A DNA stretch of 64,000 nt from positions 1 to 64,000 of the IMG/VR virus record IMGVR_UViG_2795385681_000001; one strand, given 5' to 3'. The stretch is from a virus (Duplodnaviria > Heunggongvirae > Uroviricota > Caudoviricetes). A program made the translations under genes and the position numbers. Of the stretch, positions 34,584 to 43,568 are shown in pieces. The notes beneath the pieces are model-generated. The model had not been told where the DNA came from, searched no databases, and worked only from the letters and a program-made list of their open reading frames with translations. How positions within the stretch are numbered: position 1 is the stretch's first letter; each line of letters starts with the position of its first letter.

Positions 34584-34960
34584 TAGAAGTTTCCTCCACC
34601 GGTTCCGAATACTTGCGCCAACAGCTTGGAGCGCATTCCGATCGCGATCAGTTCTTTCTCAAGCGCTGACAACCGGCGCTCACAGAGACCAAGCTGGGCA
34701 TTGGCGATATCGAGATCGATGCGCTCTTGCTCAGTCTCCTTGGCTGCGTGAGCCTTTGCCTTGCCAACTGCACCCCCGAAAGACATCATTTGACGTGCTT
34801 CGGCTACCGCGAATCGAGTTGCGCGCCAGTCCTTCTGCGCACGGTGCCAAGCGAGTATCTTGTTCCATTTCGTGATCAGGTAGTTCACCCGGTCCAACTC
34901 ACGATCGATGTGATCCGGCGTGAGATCCGTATAGTCGTAACCCTCTAGCTCGTCACTCAT
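34583..34960 (-). CDS. hypothetical coiled-coil protein (125 aa)
   Basis: Internal start MSDELEGYDY; the upstream part of ORF 34583..35143 is Arg/Ser-rich junk overlapping two other genes. Confidence 0.5.
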   Translation of the reverse strand: MSDELEGYDYTDLTPDHIDRELDRVNYLITKWNKILAWHRAQKDWRATRFAVAEARQMMSFGGAVGKAKAHAAKETEQERIDLDIANAQLGLCERRLSALEKELIAIGMRSKLLAQVFGTGGGNF

Positions 34961-35147
34961 TGCGGTAGATCTCCTGCAGCACACCGGGGATGTCTGAGTA
35001 GTGCAGTGCGCGACGCTCCAGGCAACGGGCCTGATCGTTCTTGCACTCGAGCCAGTCGATCCGCCACGACGTGAAGGAGCGCACAACCCTGCCGCCAAAC
35101 TCTTCGACGTTCGCCGATTCGGGACTGACGGTGAGATTCGCAATCAT
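34953..35147 (-). CDS. hypothetical protein (64 aa)
   Basis: ATGA-coupled on both sides. Confidence 0.4.
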   Translation of the reverse strand: MIANLTVSPESANVEEFGGRVVRSFTSWRIDWLECKNDQARCLERRALHYSDIPGVLQEIYRNE

Positions 35148-35353
35148 TCGGCCTCATACCATTCAGTGACAGTGCGCTGCATCAGCTTCCGCTCAGGATG
35201 CTGGGATGTGTAGTTTCGCGCCTGCGCCTCTGTAAGTTCGCCAACCTCATCGCGGTGCGCCAGCTCTCCGCACGGATACGCGAAGTTCCACTCCAGGTGG
35301 CACTTTGGCAACGACTTAGACTGGATCTCGAGCTGCTCACTGACGCTGCTCAT
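35144..35353 (-). CDS. hypothetical protein (69 aa)
   Basis: Listed ORF. Confidence 0.45.
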   Translation of the reverse strand: MSSVSEQLEIQSKSLPKCHLEWNFAYPCGELAHRDEVGELTEAQARNYTSQHPERKLMQRTVTEWYEAE

Positions 35354-35880
35354 CCGATACCGTCCACAATCCCCAGCGCCACAGCCTCATCCATCGCCAG
35401 GTACCACTCTTTGTCCCGAATGCGTTCACGGAATTCGGCGTGCGAGATATTGCAGCGGTCATGGGCGTCGATGTATCGCTCCACCCACTTCTCGCAGAAC
35501 TCGAGCTCATTGCGCACCTGGGCCATCGTCTGGTCATGGAACGTAGACAACGGCTCGTGCATGTAGATGTAGCTCATTCGTCCACCAAGGCGCTTATCAC
35601 CAGCCTGGAGGATCAAGGAAGCGGCAGATGCAGCACGACCGCGTACGCGCGTGGTGACGTGGTGTCCTCCACCACCCGCAACAGACATCCGCACGAGCTC
35701 GTCGTAGATGGCGTCCCCGTGCTCCATGGACCCACCGGGTGAGTTGATGATCAGATCGATTGGACGCCCAGGCGTATTGATATCGATGTCACGAAGATGG
35801 CTCAGGGTCTTACGGGCGACCTTGTCATCGATCTCGCCATGGAGACTGAGCTCTGCTGGATCTGATGGTTCTGCAGACAT
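35350..35880 (-). CDS. clpP: ClpP-family serine protease
   Basis: LIINSPGGSMEHGDAIYD..GRAASAASLILQAG..MHEP pattern; start MSAEPSD overlapping the upstream stop. Confidence 0.75.
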   Translation of the reverse strand: MSAEPSDPAELSLHGEIDDKVARKTLSHLRDIDINTPGRPIDLIINSPGGSMEHGDAIYDELVRMSVAGGGGHHVTTRVRGRAASAASLILQAGDKRLGGRMSYIYMHEPLSTFHDQTMAQVRNELEFCEKWVERYIDAHDRCNISHAEFRERIRDKEWYLAMDEAVALGIVDGIG

Positions 35881-36737
35881 CAGGCAACCCTCTTCAGCTC
35901 GGGGACGACACGAAGCTTGCGGGCCCACTGGCCACCACGAACAATGTCTCGGCCACGCGCAAGGGGAACCTCGTAGATCCCCCACTTCCAGCGGCCACGC
36001 GAGTCGGGTGTCTGCGGGCAATGGAACATCAGAGCGGTCTCGGTGTCACACTCATGGTCAGCGAACTCAGCGGTGCCATCGGCGTTCGGCCAGAAGTCGG
36101 CCCACGGAATGTCCTGATGGACAGCGGAATCCTGGTAGAGCTTGCCAAGTACGTAGAGCGCTAGCTGTGCGCAGACACCCATCCGGTACTGGTCGTCCTT
36201 ACCGGTCTTGATGTCGACCATATAGCGGGTGCCATCCCATTCGACAATGCGGTCAGCGGATCCAGCCGCACGCAGCGTGGCGATCCGGCCATCCGGCAGC
36301 TCGATGCGATCATTCGCCTGCAGGAAGACCTCACGCGCCAGGAAGTTCATCCCAGGAAGGGATGCGATGAATTCGTGGTACCCATCCAGGATGGGCTTCA
36401 TATCCTCATCAACCAGTGACCAGTCGAGGTTCCCCTCTTCCAGAACACCCGTGAAGTCGTGGATGGAAGTTCCCCGGGAGGACTTGTTCATCGCCCCGCC
36501 GATGGTCTCGGCCTGTGAGATGACCTCTTTGATCTCGCCCTTGCTCGAATCCCAGGAGCCGCCCTTGGCGATGATCGCCTTGACGCGGTTCAGAAGCTGG
36601 GGATTCTGCGCGAGACCGAACATGGCATTGGCCTGGTGCCAGGCGAACAACCCATCTCCGGGCTTGTCGAGATCCTTAGCCAGCGTCGAGCATCGCGAGT
36701 AGGCGACCCGACGTCCACCGTCAGGGGTGAACAGCAT
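35880..36737 (-). CDS. RecB-family / Cas4-like PD-(D/E)XK exonuclease
   Basis: RIVEWDGTRYMVDIKTGK D-x-K nuclease core; paired with the downstream ERF gene. Confidence 0.6.
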   Translation of the reverse strand: MLFTPDGGRRVAYSRCSTLAKDLDKPGDGLFAWHQANAMFGLAQNPQLLNRVKAIIAKGGSWDSSKGEIKEVISQAETIGGAMNKSSRGTSIHDFTGVLEEGNLDWSLVDEDMKPILDGYHEFIASLPGMNFLAREVFLQANDRIELPDGRIATLRAAGSADRIVEWDGTRYMVDIKTGKDDQYRMGVCAQLALYVLGKLYQDSAVHQDIPWADFWPNADGTAEFADHECDTETALMFHCPQTPDSRGRWKWGIYEVPLARGRDIVRGGQWARKLRVVPELKRVA

Positions 36738-36778
36738 GGGTCGCTGGTATCGGTCCCGAGGGATGGCCCAGTCAGTAA

Positions 36779-37417
36779 TTAGGCGCTCGCAAGCAGCTCA
36801 AAGTGGGCAGCTGTCGCGGTCAGTGCATCGACATCAGTGGAGCTCACTACCGCACCTCCATCTGGGTACGTCTCGGCGAACCATGCCTGAACGTCCTTCG
36901 ACACGACACCGGCAGCCTTGGCTGCGGCCTTTACGCGCTCGAGTGCCTCAGCGGCTTCGGGGTTGGTAGCGACCTTCTTCGGCGTGGCCTTACGCGGCGC
37001 GGCCTTGGCTGGAGCTGATGCCGCGTTCCCGTCATCGTCCACATCTGCCACCAGACCAAGCGCAGCCATGTAGGCGTAGCGACGTGCGTAGGTGATCGCG
37101 GAGCCGTGAGCCTGCGGATCATTCTTCACCGGGTGGAGGACCATCGTCGAAGCGGACTGCTCACCGCTCTCATGGATGACAACAGACTTGAGGGTGTCGT
37201 AGATCTTGCCATCGGCATTGAAGTACGAAGGCTGCTGCGACACAGCAAGTCCATGCTTGGCCAGTACCGGCTGAGCCTCGCGCATCACTGCAGGAAGGTC
37301 CGCATACTTCGACTTGAAGAACGGGTTCTGAGTGTCCTTGGCTACGAAGCCAACTTCGGCCTGGAAGGCAACGAGGGCCTCTGCGAGGGTTGAATGCTTG
37401 ACGGCTTCGCTCACCAT
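36779..37417 (-). CDS. ERF-family single-strand annealing protein
   Basis: FQAEVGFVAKDTQNPFFKSKYADLPAVMREAQPVLAKHGL; RBS taggag before ATG 37417. Confidence 0.7.
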   Translation of the reverse strand: MVSEAVKHSTLAEALVAFQAEVGFVAKDTQNPFFKSKYADLPAVMREAQPVLAKHGLAVSQQPSYFNADGKIYDTLKSVVIHESGEQSASTMVLHPVKNDPQAHGSAITYARRYAYMAALGLVADVDDDGNAASAPAKAAPRKATPKKVATNPEAAEALERVKAAAKAAGVVSKDVQAWFAETYPDGGAVVSSTDVDALTATAAHFELLASA

Positions 37418-37478
37418 GCTCCTATGTAGAGAAAAACGAAAAAAATGAATGCCCATGGCCACCATGGGATTTGAAACA

Positions 37479-37697
37479 TCAATTGAGGGTCTTGTCGAGC
37501 ACCTTGGTGATGAGCACCAGAATCCCCGCAAGCATGGCCATCACGAGCAGGAAGGCAGTTCCTGCCCACATGGGAGCGGTGACCCACCACCAGGACCAAT
37601 CCTGGACTGGGTTATCCCAGGGACAGATCTTCAAGAGGGCAAGGATGCCAAAAAGGAGGGTGCAGCCAATCGTGCCGCCTGTGCTGGAATCACTCAC
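37479..37697 (-). CDS. small membrane protein (72 aa, GTG start)
   Basis: GTGA overlap with the upstream stop; two TM helices and a W-rich segment. Confidence 0.35.
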   Translation of the reverse strand: MSDSSTGGTIGCTLLFGILALLKICPWDNPVQDWSWWWVTAPMWAGTAFLLVMAMLAGILVLITKVLDKTLN

Positions 37698-38098
37698 GCT
37701 GGTGTCACTTTCTTCTGAGCCTGTAGGACCGCGCCGTGACTCCGGGCGACTCCACGGATGAGTTCCACGACCTGCCCCTGCGTACGGGCCGGGTCGTCGT
37801 TGTAGGCCGACACATCCCCACCGAATCCAGCTGGGAGCGCGCGCGAAATCAACCGGTGGGCTCCCCACCAGGTCCGGGCGTCGTCCTTCGCTGCCGACTT
37901 ACCTACTGCGGCGTCAAGAGCCCCAAGGATGTCGTAGCGCATACCGTCGCCTACCCGCTCAAAGCGGATTCCCTGAGTCCATCCGTTTGCCACAAGACGG
38001 GCCCCGATCTGCAGAGTTGCCGATACCGCGTCTGGATTATCAAGCACGACAACGTTGTTATTACGCGCCAAGCGACGTAGCCAGTTAGCAGTAGACAT
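37694..38098 (-). CDS. hypothetical protein (134 aa), first gene of the leftward operon
   Basis: Start MSTANWLRRLARNNN; a 14-bp repeat copy lies 17 nt upstream. Confidence 0.45.
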   Translation of the reverse strand: MSTANWLRRLARNNNVVVLDNPDAVSATLQIGARLVANGWTQGIRFERVGDGMRYDILGALDAAVGKSAAKDDARTWWGAHRLISRALPAGFGGDVSAYNDDPARTQGQVVELIRGVARSHGAVLQAQKKVTPA

Positions 38099-38115
38099 AG
38101 CTGCAATTCTATCAA

Positions 38116-38358
38116 CTACCCACATGATGCAGTTTGCTGGCGAACAAGCCAACTGTTGTCTCGCACCACATCAAGAGGCCATGGCTCAACGTCCATTCCT
38201 CGGAGTTCTTTGCACATCCGCCCGCGCTGGATCTTCAGCGTCAGTACAGCGTCTGCATCAGATTCCTTGTGCCGCTCGCGAATTGCCTCGTCAAGCAGGA
38301 AGAGCTCAAGGATGTTTTCGTTCCGACTCTCCAGGAACTTGGCTGCGGATTCACTCAC
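38116..38358 (-). CDS. possible small protein (80 aa, GTG start) in the regulatory hub
   Basis: Listed ORF with protein-like composition but no RBS; doubtful. Confidence 0.2.
   Translation of the reverse strand: MSESAAKFLESRNENILELFLLDEAIRERHKESDADAVLTLKIQRGRMCKELRGMDVEPWPLDVVRDNSWLVRQQTASCG
38117..38129 (-). promoter_or_regulatory. 14-bp repeat (TACCCACATGATG), candidate leftward promoter/operator
   Basis: 12/13 match, 17 nt upstream of ATG 38098. Confidence 0.5.
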
Positions 38359-38388
38359 GCCCCAAGCGTGGTGCTACTCCCCGACTGT

Positions 38389-38401
38389 GTTCGTGTGGGT
38401 T
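38389..38401 (+). promoter_or_regulatory. variant 14-bp repeat (GTTCGTGTGGGTT)
   Basis: 11/13 match, in the divergent region. Confidence 0.35.
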
Positions 38402-38573
38402 TGAGCGCCGAGGGACACGACCCCCTCGGCGGCGCAACTGCGCACTCAGGTCGACAGGAAGGGATACTACTTTGCTCGGCCTCCCTGAGTCTCGAGACCC
38501 ATTCTACTGATGCTCCCATTCCTGGACTTCCTGATTGAAGATTCCCGCGTGTTTAAGCAGGTCACAGTGGTTT

Positions 38574-38587
38574 CACCCACATGAACC
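38574..38587 (-). promoter_or_regulatory. 14-bp repeat (CACCCACATGAACC)
   Basis: 13/14 match; the + strand encodes the mini-ORF MNPAPCRSLPKRRVRTQ*. Confidence 0.5.
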
Positions 38588-38836
38588 CTGCACCGTGTCG
38601 TAGCCTCCCTAAAAGGAGAGTGCGAACGCAGTGAGCACGCACCTCCCGCTAGGGAGGCCCACGCCGGATAGGCGTGGCTGCCCGAAGGGCATACAACCTC
38701 CAGACCGCAGTGTCCCCACTTGGGCAGGGTTCTCGGTGCAATGAATAACCCTTGCAGTCAACGCATCTCACGTTGACATAGAGGTAGTCGTTACGTAAGT
38801 CGGGAACGCTACTAGAGCGCGTGCGCGCGGGATAGC

Positions 38837-38850
38837 CACCCACACGAACC
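38837..38850 (-). promoter_or_regulatory. variant 14-bp repeat (CACCCACACGAACC) 20 nt upstream of the first rightward gene
   Basis: 12/14 match. Confidence 0.4.
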
Positions 38851-38869
38851 CGGAACGCGGTGCAACACT

Positions 38870-39304
38870 TTGGCTATGGGAATTGCTTACACGCCCGCTC
38901 GTTCAGCATCCATCGAGTACAAAGCCGAGTCGGGCATGATTCCGTGTTCTGCCGTAGCCACGTCAGCACGGCAGAACGAGTGGACCATATCGATTGGCGA
39001 CGTTCACCGCTTCATCCTTTCCGGGAATCGAAGCAAGGCCGAGGAGCTAGTGCAGGCATACGGCGAGCTCTACGACTTCGCGTTTACCGCTCCCGTCAAA
39101 CCACGTGAGCTCCAGAGGCTGGACTGCGACGAAGCCCGCGACGGCACGGTTTGGGCTGACTCGGATGAGGGGTTCCCTTTCCACTACCAATTCCGTGGAC
39201 ATCATTGGGAATACTTCGCCCTCGAAGGTGTCCGCAAGTGGACGGTGCTGGACGACCCGGACACGCTAACCAGCCATGGCCCTTACACAGAGGTAGTTAA
39301 GTGA
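38870..39304 (+). CDS. hypothetical protein (144 aa), first gene of the rightward operon
   Basis: Listed ORF. Confidence 0.5.
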   Translation: MAMGIAYTPARSASIEYKAESGMIPCSAVATSARQNEWTISIGDVHRFILSGNRSKAEELVQAYGELYDFAFTAPVKPRELQRLDCDEARDGTVWADSDEGFPFHYQFRGHHWEYFALEGVRKWTVLDDPDTLTSHGPYTEVVK

Positions 39305-40104
39305 GCCACCACTCCCCTCGACATAGGGAGATCGCATCGAGAGGTCTGATTCTCCTCACCGAGGTTGGATCCGGTCTGCATGGTGTGACTCTCGCCAACA
39401 CTGACGACCATGACGAGATGGGCGTTTGCATCCCACCACCGGAATGCGTGCTGGGACTGGAGAAGTTCGAGCAGTACGCCGATCGCTGGCACGCTGATGG
39501 TACTCGCATTCCCGATGGTGTGCGTAGCCAGCACGGGGACACTGACCACACGACGTACGCACTGAACAAGTGGGCACGCCTTGCGGCGCAGGGTAATCCG
39601 ACTGTGCTACCGCCGTTGTTCGCACCACCCAAATCCATCTACCACAAGTCCCCAGAAGGCCAACAGATCGTATCTAACCGGAATCTGTTCCTCTCCAAGG
39701 ACGCTGGGTGGAGGTTCCATGGGTACCTCAAGGATCAGCGCGCACGTATGGTCGGCGAGAAGGGTAAGTCCAAGCACAAGAACCGCCACGAGCTGGTCGA
39801 GCAGTTCGGTTTCGATACCAAGATGGCGTACCACGCTCTTCGCTTGGCCGTCCAAGGTGCGCAACTAATGACGCACCACAACATCACCATCCCGATGCAT
39901 GCGATCGATGTGACGTGGCTACGCGCAGTTCGACGCGGTGATTACGCGCTGGAAACGGTTACCGAATGGCTGGACACCTACACCGAAGGCCTTGAGGCCA
40001 ACATCGAAACGTCCACGCTGCCTGATCACGTCGACCACGACCAACTGAACGACTTTCTCATCGGCCTGCACTACAGCTTCTGGAAACGCACGGGACAACT
40101 TTGA
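39301..40104 (+). CDS. pol-beta-superfamily nucleotidyltransferase-domain protein
   Basis: GSGLHGVTLANTDDHDEMGV fits the GS-x(9-11)-DxD nucleotidyltransferase motif; GTG start overlapping the upstream stop. Confidence 0.5.
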   Translation: MSHHSPRHREIASRGLILLTEVGSGLHGVTLANTDDHDEMGVCIPPPECVLGLEKFEQYADRWHADGTRIPDGVRSQHGDTDHTTYALNKWARLAAQGNPTVLPPLFAPPKSIYHKSPEGQQIVSNRNLFLSKDAGWRFHGYLKDQRARMVGEKGKSKHKNRHELVEQFGFDTKMAYHALRLAVQGAQLMTHHNITIPMHAIDVTWLRAVRRGDYALETVTEWLDTYTEGLEANIETSTLPDHVDHDQLNDFLIGLHYSFWKRTGQL

Positions 40105-40122
40105 ACACGAAGGGATACGCAT

Positions 40123-40482
40123 ATGAGTAACAAGCGCAAGGACAGCATCGGAGTTCTCTCCAAGACTCAGGGAATGGTGAAGCTCGCGAAGCCAGGCCCG
40201 CCCATCGCCGTTGGCACACGGGTCACTGGACACAACCTTGGCGCGGTAACCCACATCGTCTCCATTGAGGCTGAGCGCGTAGGCGAGAAGCGCGGCGTGG
40301 GAATTACTTTCAACGAGGATGGCAGCCTGAACGCAGTGAGCATCCACTCAGCTGAGGGTGCACTCGCGGAGTTCAAGCCAGGCGTCCATCTAGTCATCGG
40401 CGATACGGGCGATGTTGTCGTCTTCGACGATGACAACTTCTATGACCCCAGCAGCGGTGACCCTGTCGTCGAGGTTCCCTGA
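40123..40482 (+). CDS. hypothetical protein (119 aa)
   Basis: Preceded by gaacacgaagggatacgcat, the same RBS motif as the early arm. Confidence 0.55.
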   Translation: MSNKRKDSIGVLSKTQGMVKLAKPGPPIAVGTRVTGHNLGAVTHIVSIEAERVGEKRGVGITFNEDGSLNAVSIHSAEGALAEFKPGVHLVIGDTGDVVVFDDDNFYDPSSGDPVVEVP

Positions 40483-40754
40483 TGAAGACGTACACCCACA
40501 ACCCCACCGAGGTTGAGGCCATTCAGGTGGCGCGGCCATGGAAGCGAGTTCAGGATGCAATCCCATTCGCTCACCACGTCAAGGAGGCTAGCGGAGCCTT
40601 CGCGTTCTTCAAACTCTCCATGCCGGGGACGTTGGACGTAGCTCGCGCCTACGAGGGTGACTGGATCGTCAAGCACCCCAACGGGTACTACGAGAAGCTC
40701 ACTGACGACGAGTTCCAGCGTGATTACGGAGACGGCGATGGCAACAGCGACTGA
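40482..40754 (+). CDS. hypothetical protein (90 aa)
   Basis: ATGA overlap. Confidence 0.5.
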   Translation: MKTYTHNPTEVEAIQVARPWKRVQDAIPFAHHVKEASGAFAFFKLSMPGTLDVARAYEGDWIVKHPNGYYEKLTDDEFQRDYGDGDGNSD

Positions 40755-41028
40755 GACTGACGTCTCGCAGCTGGTGGAGGCGGCATTTGATGACTGCCGC
40801 TGTGGATCCACTACCAAAGAGGTCCAGCATCAAGGGAAGATCGCTGGACTTTGGGTAGGCCATACCTGCGCGAATTACCTACTGTGCGAGGCGCACTTGA
40901 AGCGAGCAATCGAGGTGTGTATCCCTCGGCACAAGCGCAAGGTAGAGAAGTTCGGTCACATCATCTGCGCTGAATGCAATCACAAGTTCCCCACCAATCA
41001 GGAATTCGTCACGGTGTATCCGCTATGA
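40738..41028 (+). CDS. hypothetical Cys-rich protein (96 aa)
   Basis: Start MATATETD; CRCG..CANYLLCEAH..CAECNH. Confidence 0.45.
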   Translation: MATATETDVSQLVEAAFDDCRCGSTTKEVQHQGKIAGLWVGHTCANYLLCEAHLKRAIEVCIPRHKRKVEKFGHIICAECNHKFPTNQEFVTVYPL

Positions 41029-41642
41029 CCACCGCGCTCCCTGATCTCAGGGATCTCGACATGGAATCCGTGCTCGAACACTCCTACAAGGACTACCACG
41101 TCAAGGGATTCGACTACCTCTGCCTTCATCGCTCAGAGGGTCTCACTCTGAAGGCCTACTTCTTCGAAGGCGATGTTCAGAACGCCAGCGAGGTGGTGAA
41201 CCCACACAACCACCGCTACGACTTCCACACCACATGCTTGTCCGGCGCGGTGGAGAATCGCTGGTATCGGTCGTATCCGTTCGGATTCAACGGAGATACA
41301 AGGCCGCAGCGTTACAACATGTTTGAGTGGCGTACCCCGCTCAACGGTGGTGGTGGCTTCACCCTCAGTGGTGAGATCACGCTGCAGAACTACCGAGCGA
41401 TGCAATGTTCGCGCGGCGAGGGATATGACATGGCAGCGGACGAACTCCACACCATTCAGATCCTGAAACCTGACACCGTCCTGCTCTTGGTCCAGCATGA
41501 GGATGTGGTGCCAGTCGATCAGCCAACGCTGACCTTCACACAGTCGGTTGAACCACCGGATCTTTCGGGTCTGTACAACAAGTTCACTGCTGACCAGGCT
41601 GTGAAGAGGATCGAGCAGCTAAAGTCGCTGACGGCGGGATAA
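41025..41642 (+). CDS. hypothetical protein (205 aa)
   Basis: Start MTTALPD with ATGA overlap; His-rich core HNHRYDFHTTC. Confidence 0.55.
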   Translation: MTTALPDLRDLDMESVLEHSYKDYHVKGFDYLCLHRSEGLTLKAYFFEGDVQNASEVVNPHNHRYDFHTTCLSGAVENRWYRSYPFGFNGDTRPQRYNMFEWRTPLNGGGGFTLSGEITLQNYRAMQCSRGEGYDMAADELHTIQILKPDTVLLLVQHEDVVPVDQPTLTFTQSVEPPDLSGLYNKFTADQAVKRIEQLKSLTAG

Positions 41643-41756
41643 AGGGACAGGCCCCTTCGTTCTCGGACGCCCCTTCCGGGAGGCTTGCGAGGCACGAACA
41701 TAAGTTGCAAGAATCAACCCTGTTTTGAACGGCACAGAAGCCGAAAGCGGGAAACC

Positions 41757-42005
41757 ATGAAGACACATGGGGACGAACGCGCACGCGAACGCGCGGCGTT
41801 GAAAGCGGAGTACGAGGCCGGTGCCAGCATCCGCGCCCTGGCTACTGCTGGTGGGCATTCCTATGGCTACGTCCGCGATGCCCTCACCCAAAGCGGCACC
41901 CAGCTACGTGGACGCGGCGGGGCGAACAACCGTAATCCGATCCCCATCGCGCCCGAGAAAGCCTATCGGCGACAGCGTGCGGCACAGCCAACCCCGGAGC
42001 AGTAG
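41757..42005 (+). CDS. helix-turn-helix DNA-binding protein
   Basis: ASIRALATAGGHSYGYVRDAL HTH; internal ATG of ORF 41685..42005. Confidence 0.55.
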   Translation: MKTHGDERARERAALKAEYEAGASIRALATAGGHSYGYVRDALTQSGTQLRGRGGANNRNPIPIAPEKAYRRQRAAQPTPEQ

Positions 42006-42211
42006 AACGCTAGCCCGTCCGACCGCAGCATGCCTGCACACAGCAACCGGCAATTCGCATTGCCCAGGTGACGGTAGGTTACCGGCAAGTTGAGTACCAC
42101 GATCCGCGCTAGCACTCTGGGATAGCAAACACCCAAATTGTCGATAAATCTGGACATTGCCAGGTGTCTTCTGACATGATCCGAGAAACATAGCTACACC
42201 CGCGCCGGTGT

Positions 42212-43282
42212 GTGGCACGAGCGGGAGGGCTTTCTCGGGTGGTAACGAGTGATCGTTGGCGCATGTCGCCAGCTTTGCGCCGCACATCAGCAGTCATCGC
42301 CGTCACGGCGCTAGCCATTGGTGGTGCGAAGATCGTCAGCGACCACACCATGCCCGGCAGCGGATTCTCGACCGTGGCGACGGTGGCAGCTGATCCAACT
42401 GGAGGCCCGACCGGAGGCCCTGGCGGTCCGGATGGAATGAACGGTGGTGCTTTCCAACCTCCCGGTTTACCGCCCCAGCAACCCGGTTATCAGGGCGGTA
42501 TCAACCAGCCGCCCCTGAATCAGGACGGCGGGGTGAGCATATACAACACGGGATCGCCTGGCGCACAACAAGTTCCGGGTCAGCAGGGAGCACAACAGCC
42601 TCAGCAAGGATGGGATCAACCCGCGCACGGCAGTCAAATTCCTGATTACCAGACCAACCCCGGATACACCCAAGGCCCTGGTCAGCCGAACCCTAACTAC
42701 CAGGCACCGCAGCAGCAGTCCCCGCAGCAAGGCCAGCAACCCCAACAAGGTCAGCAGCCGCAACAGCAGCAGCCGGAAAACCAGCAAGACGATCGTATCC
42801 AGCAGATGGATCAAGAAAAGCAGCAGAAATGCATGAACGCGGCCGTCAACCTCGACTATGTCAGTCTTGCCTCAGGCGGCGGCGGGTCTCTCGACATGCT
42901 GCCAGAGGACCCGCTAACCCCCTTGGTGCCGTGCAACGGCGCGTGCTCACAGCTTAGCCAGCCCGGAGGAAGACACAGCATCCAGAAGAAAGAACCGCTG
43001 CCGAAAGCTGATGACCCGAAAGCTCAGAAGCAAATTGATGAGCTAAAGAAGATGTACGAGGATCAGGCTAAAAAATGCGGCGTAACCGATATTATAGGCG
43101 ATATTGCGCAAATTAACACTGGCATCTACGGCGTGATCCTGAGCCTTCCGGCCATTCCAGCCTTTGGAGCGGGTTTTGTCTCAGGAATCGGTGCCGGTTG
43201 GGTGGCCATAGATGGGATATCCAAAATAGCTGATTGCACACGTAGCTCCCAAGGAATTCACTTCACACAGCCAGGTAAGTAA
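42212..43282 (+). CDS. membrane-anchored Pro/Gln/Gly-rich low-complexity protein (true start probably about 42266)
   Basis: TM segment AVIAVTALAIGG; long PGQQ-rich region; Cys-containing C-terminal domain. Confidence 0.5.
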   Translation: MARAGGLSRVVTSDRWRMSPALRRTSAVIAVTALAIGGAKIVSDHTMPGSGFSTVATVAADPTGGPTGGPGGPDGMNGGAFQPPGLPPQQPGYQGGINQPPLNQDGGVSIYNTGSPGAQQVPGQQGAQQPQQGWDQPAHGSQIPDYQTNPGYTQGPGQPNPNYQAPQQQSPQQGQQPQQGQQPQQQQPENQQDDRIQQMDQEKQQKCMNAAVNLDYVSLASGGGGSLDMLPEDPLTPLVPCNGACSQLSQPGGRHSIQKKEPLPKADDPKAQKQIDELKKMYEDQAKKCGVTDIIGDIAQINTGIYGVILSLPAIPAFGAGFVSGIGAGWVAIDGISKIADCTRSSQGIHFTQPGK

Positions 43283-43292
43283 GGTATCCAGA

Positions 43293-43568
43293 ATGATTAT
43301 TGCCACTATTGTTGTCGGTATAATTCTCTTAATTGCTGTGTCAATTATTGTGGGCATGACATGGAAGAGCCCGATGCCCGTCAGAATCCGAGTTTCGGCT
43401 ATCGGTATGCTCGTATGCGCTGCCCTCATGTGCATAAGGCTAGGTATCGACATCTACCTGGGTCTCAGCTGGACCAAGTCAGCCGGGTTTGTAGCCATGT
43501 TCATCGCATCTTCGGTCCTGGTGTGGTTCGCAGGTAAGAAGAAGATTGAGCAACAATCAAAGAAATGA
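43293..43568 (+). CDS. small polytopic membrane protein (91 aa)
   Basis: Three hydrophobic helices and a KKKIEQQSKK tail; lower GC than neighbouring genes. Confidence 0.5.
   Translation: MIIATIVVGIILLIAVSIIVGMTWKSPMPVRIRVSAIGMLVCAALMCIRLGIDIYLGLSWTKSAGFVAMFIASSVLVWFAGKKKIEQQSKK

Noticed and set aside
34583-35143. The N-terminal 61 aa of ORF 34583..35143 (MRISPSVPNRRTSKS...)
   Set aside because: They are Ser/Arg-rich and overlap two downstream small genes; the internal start MSDELEGYDY with ATGA coupling is preferred.
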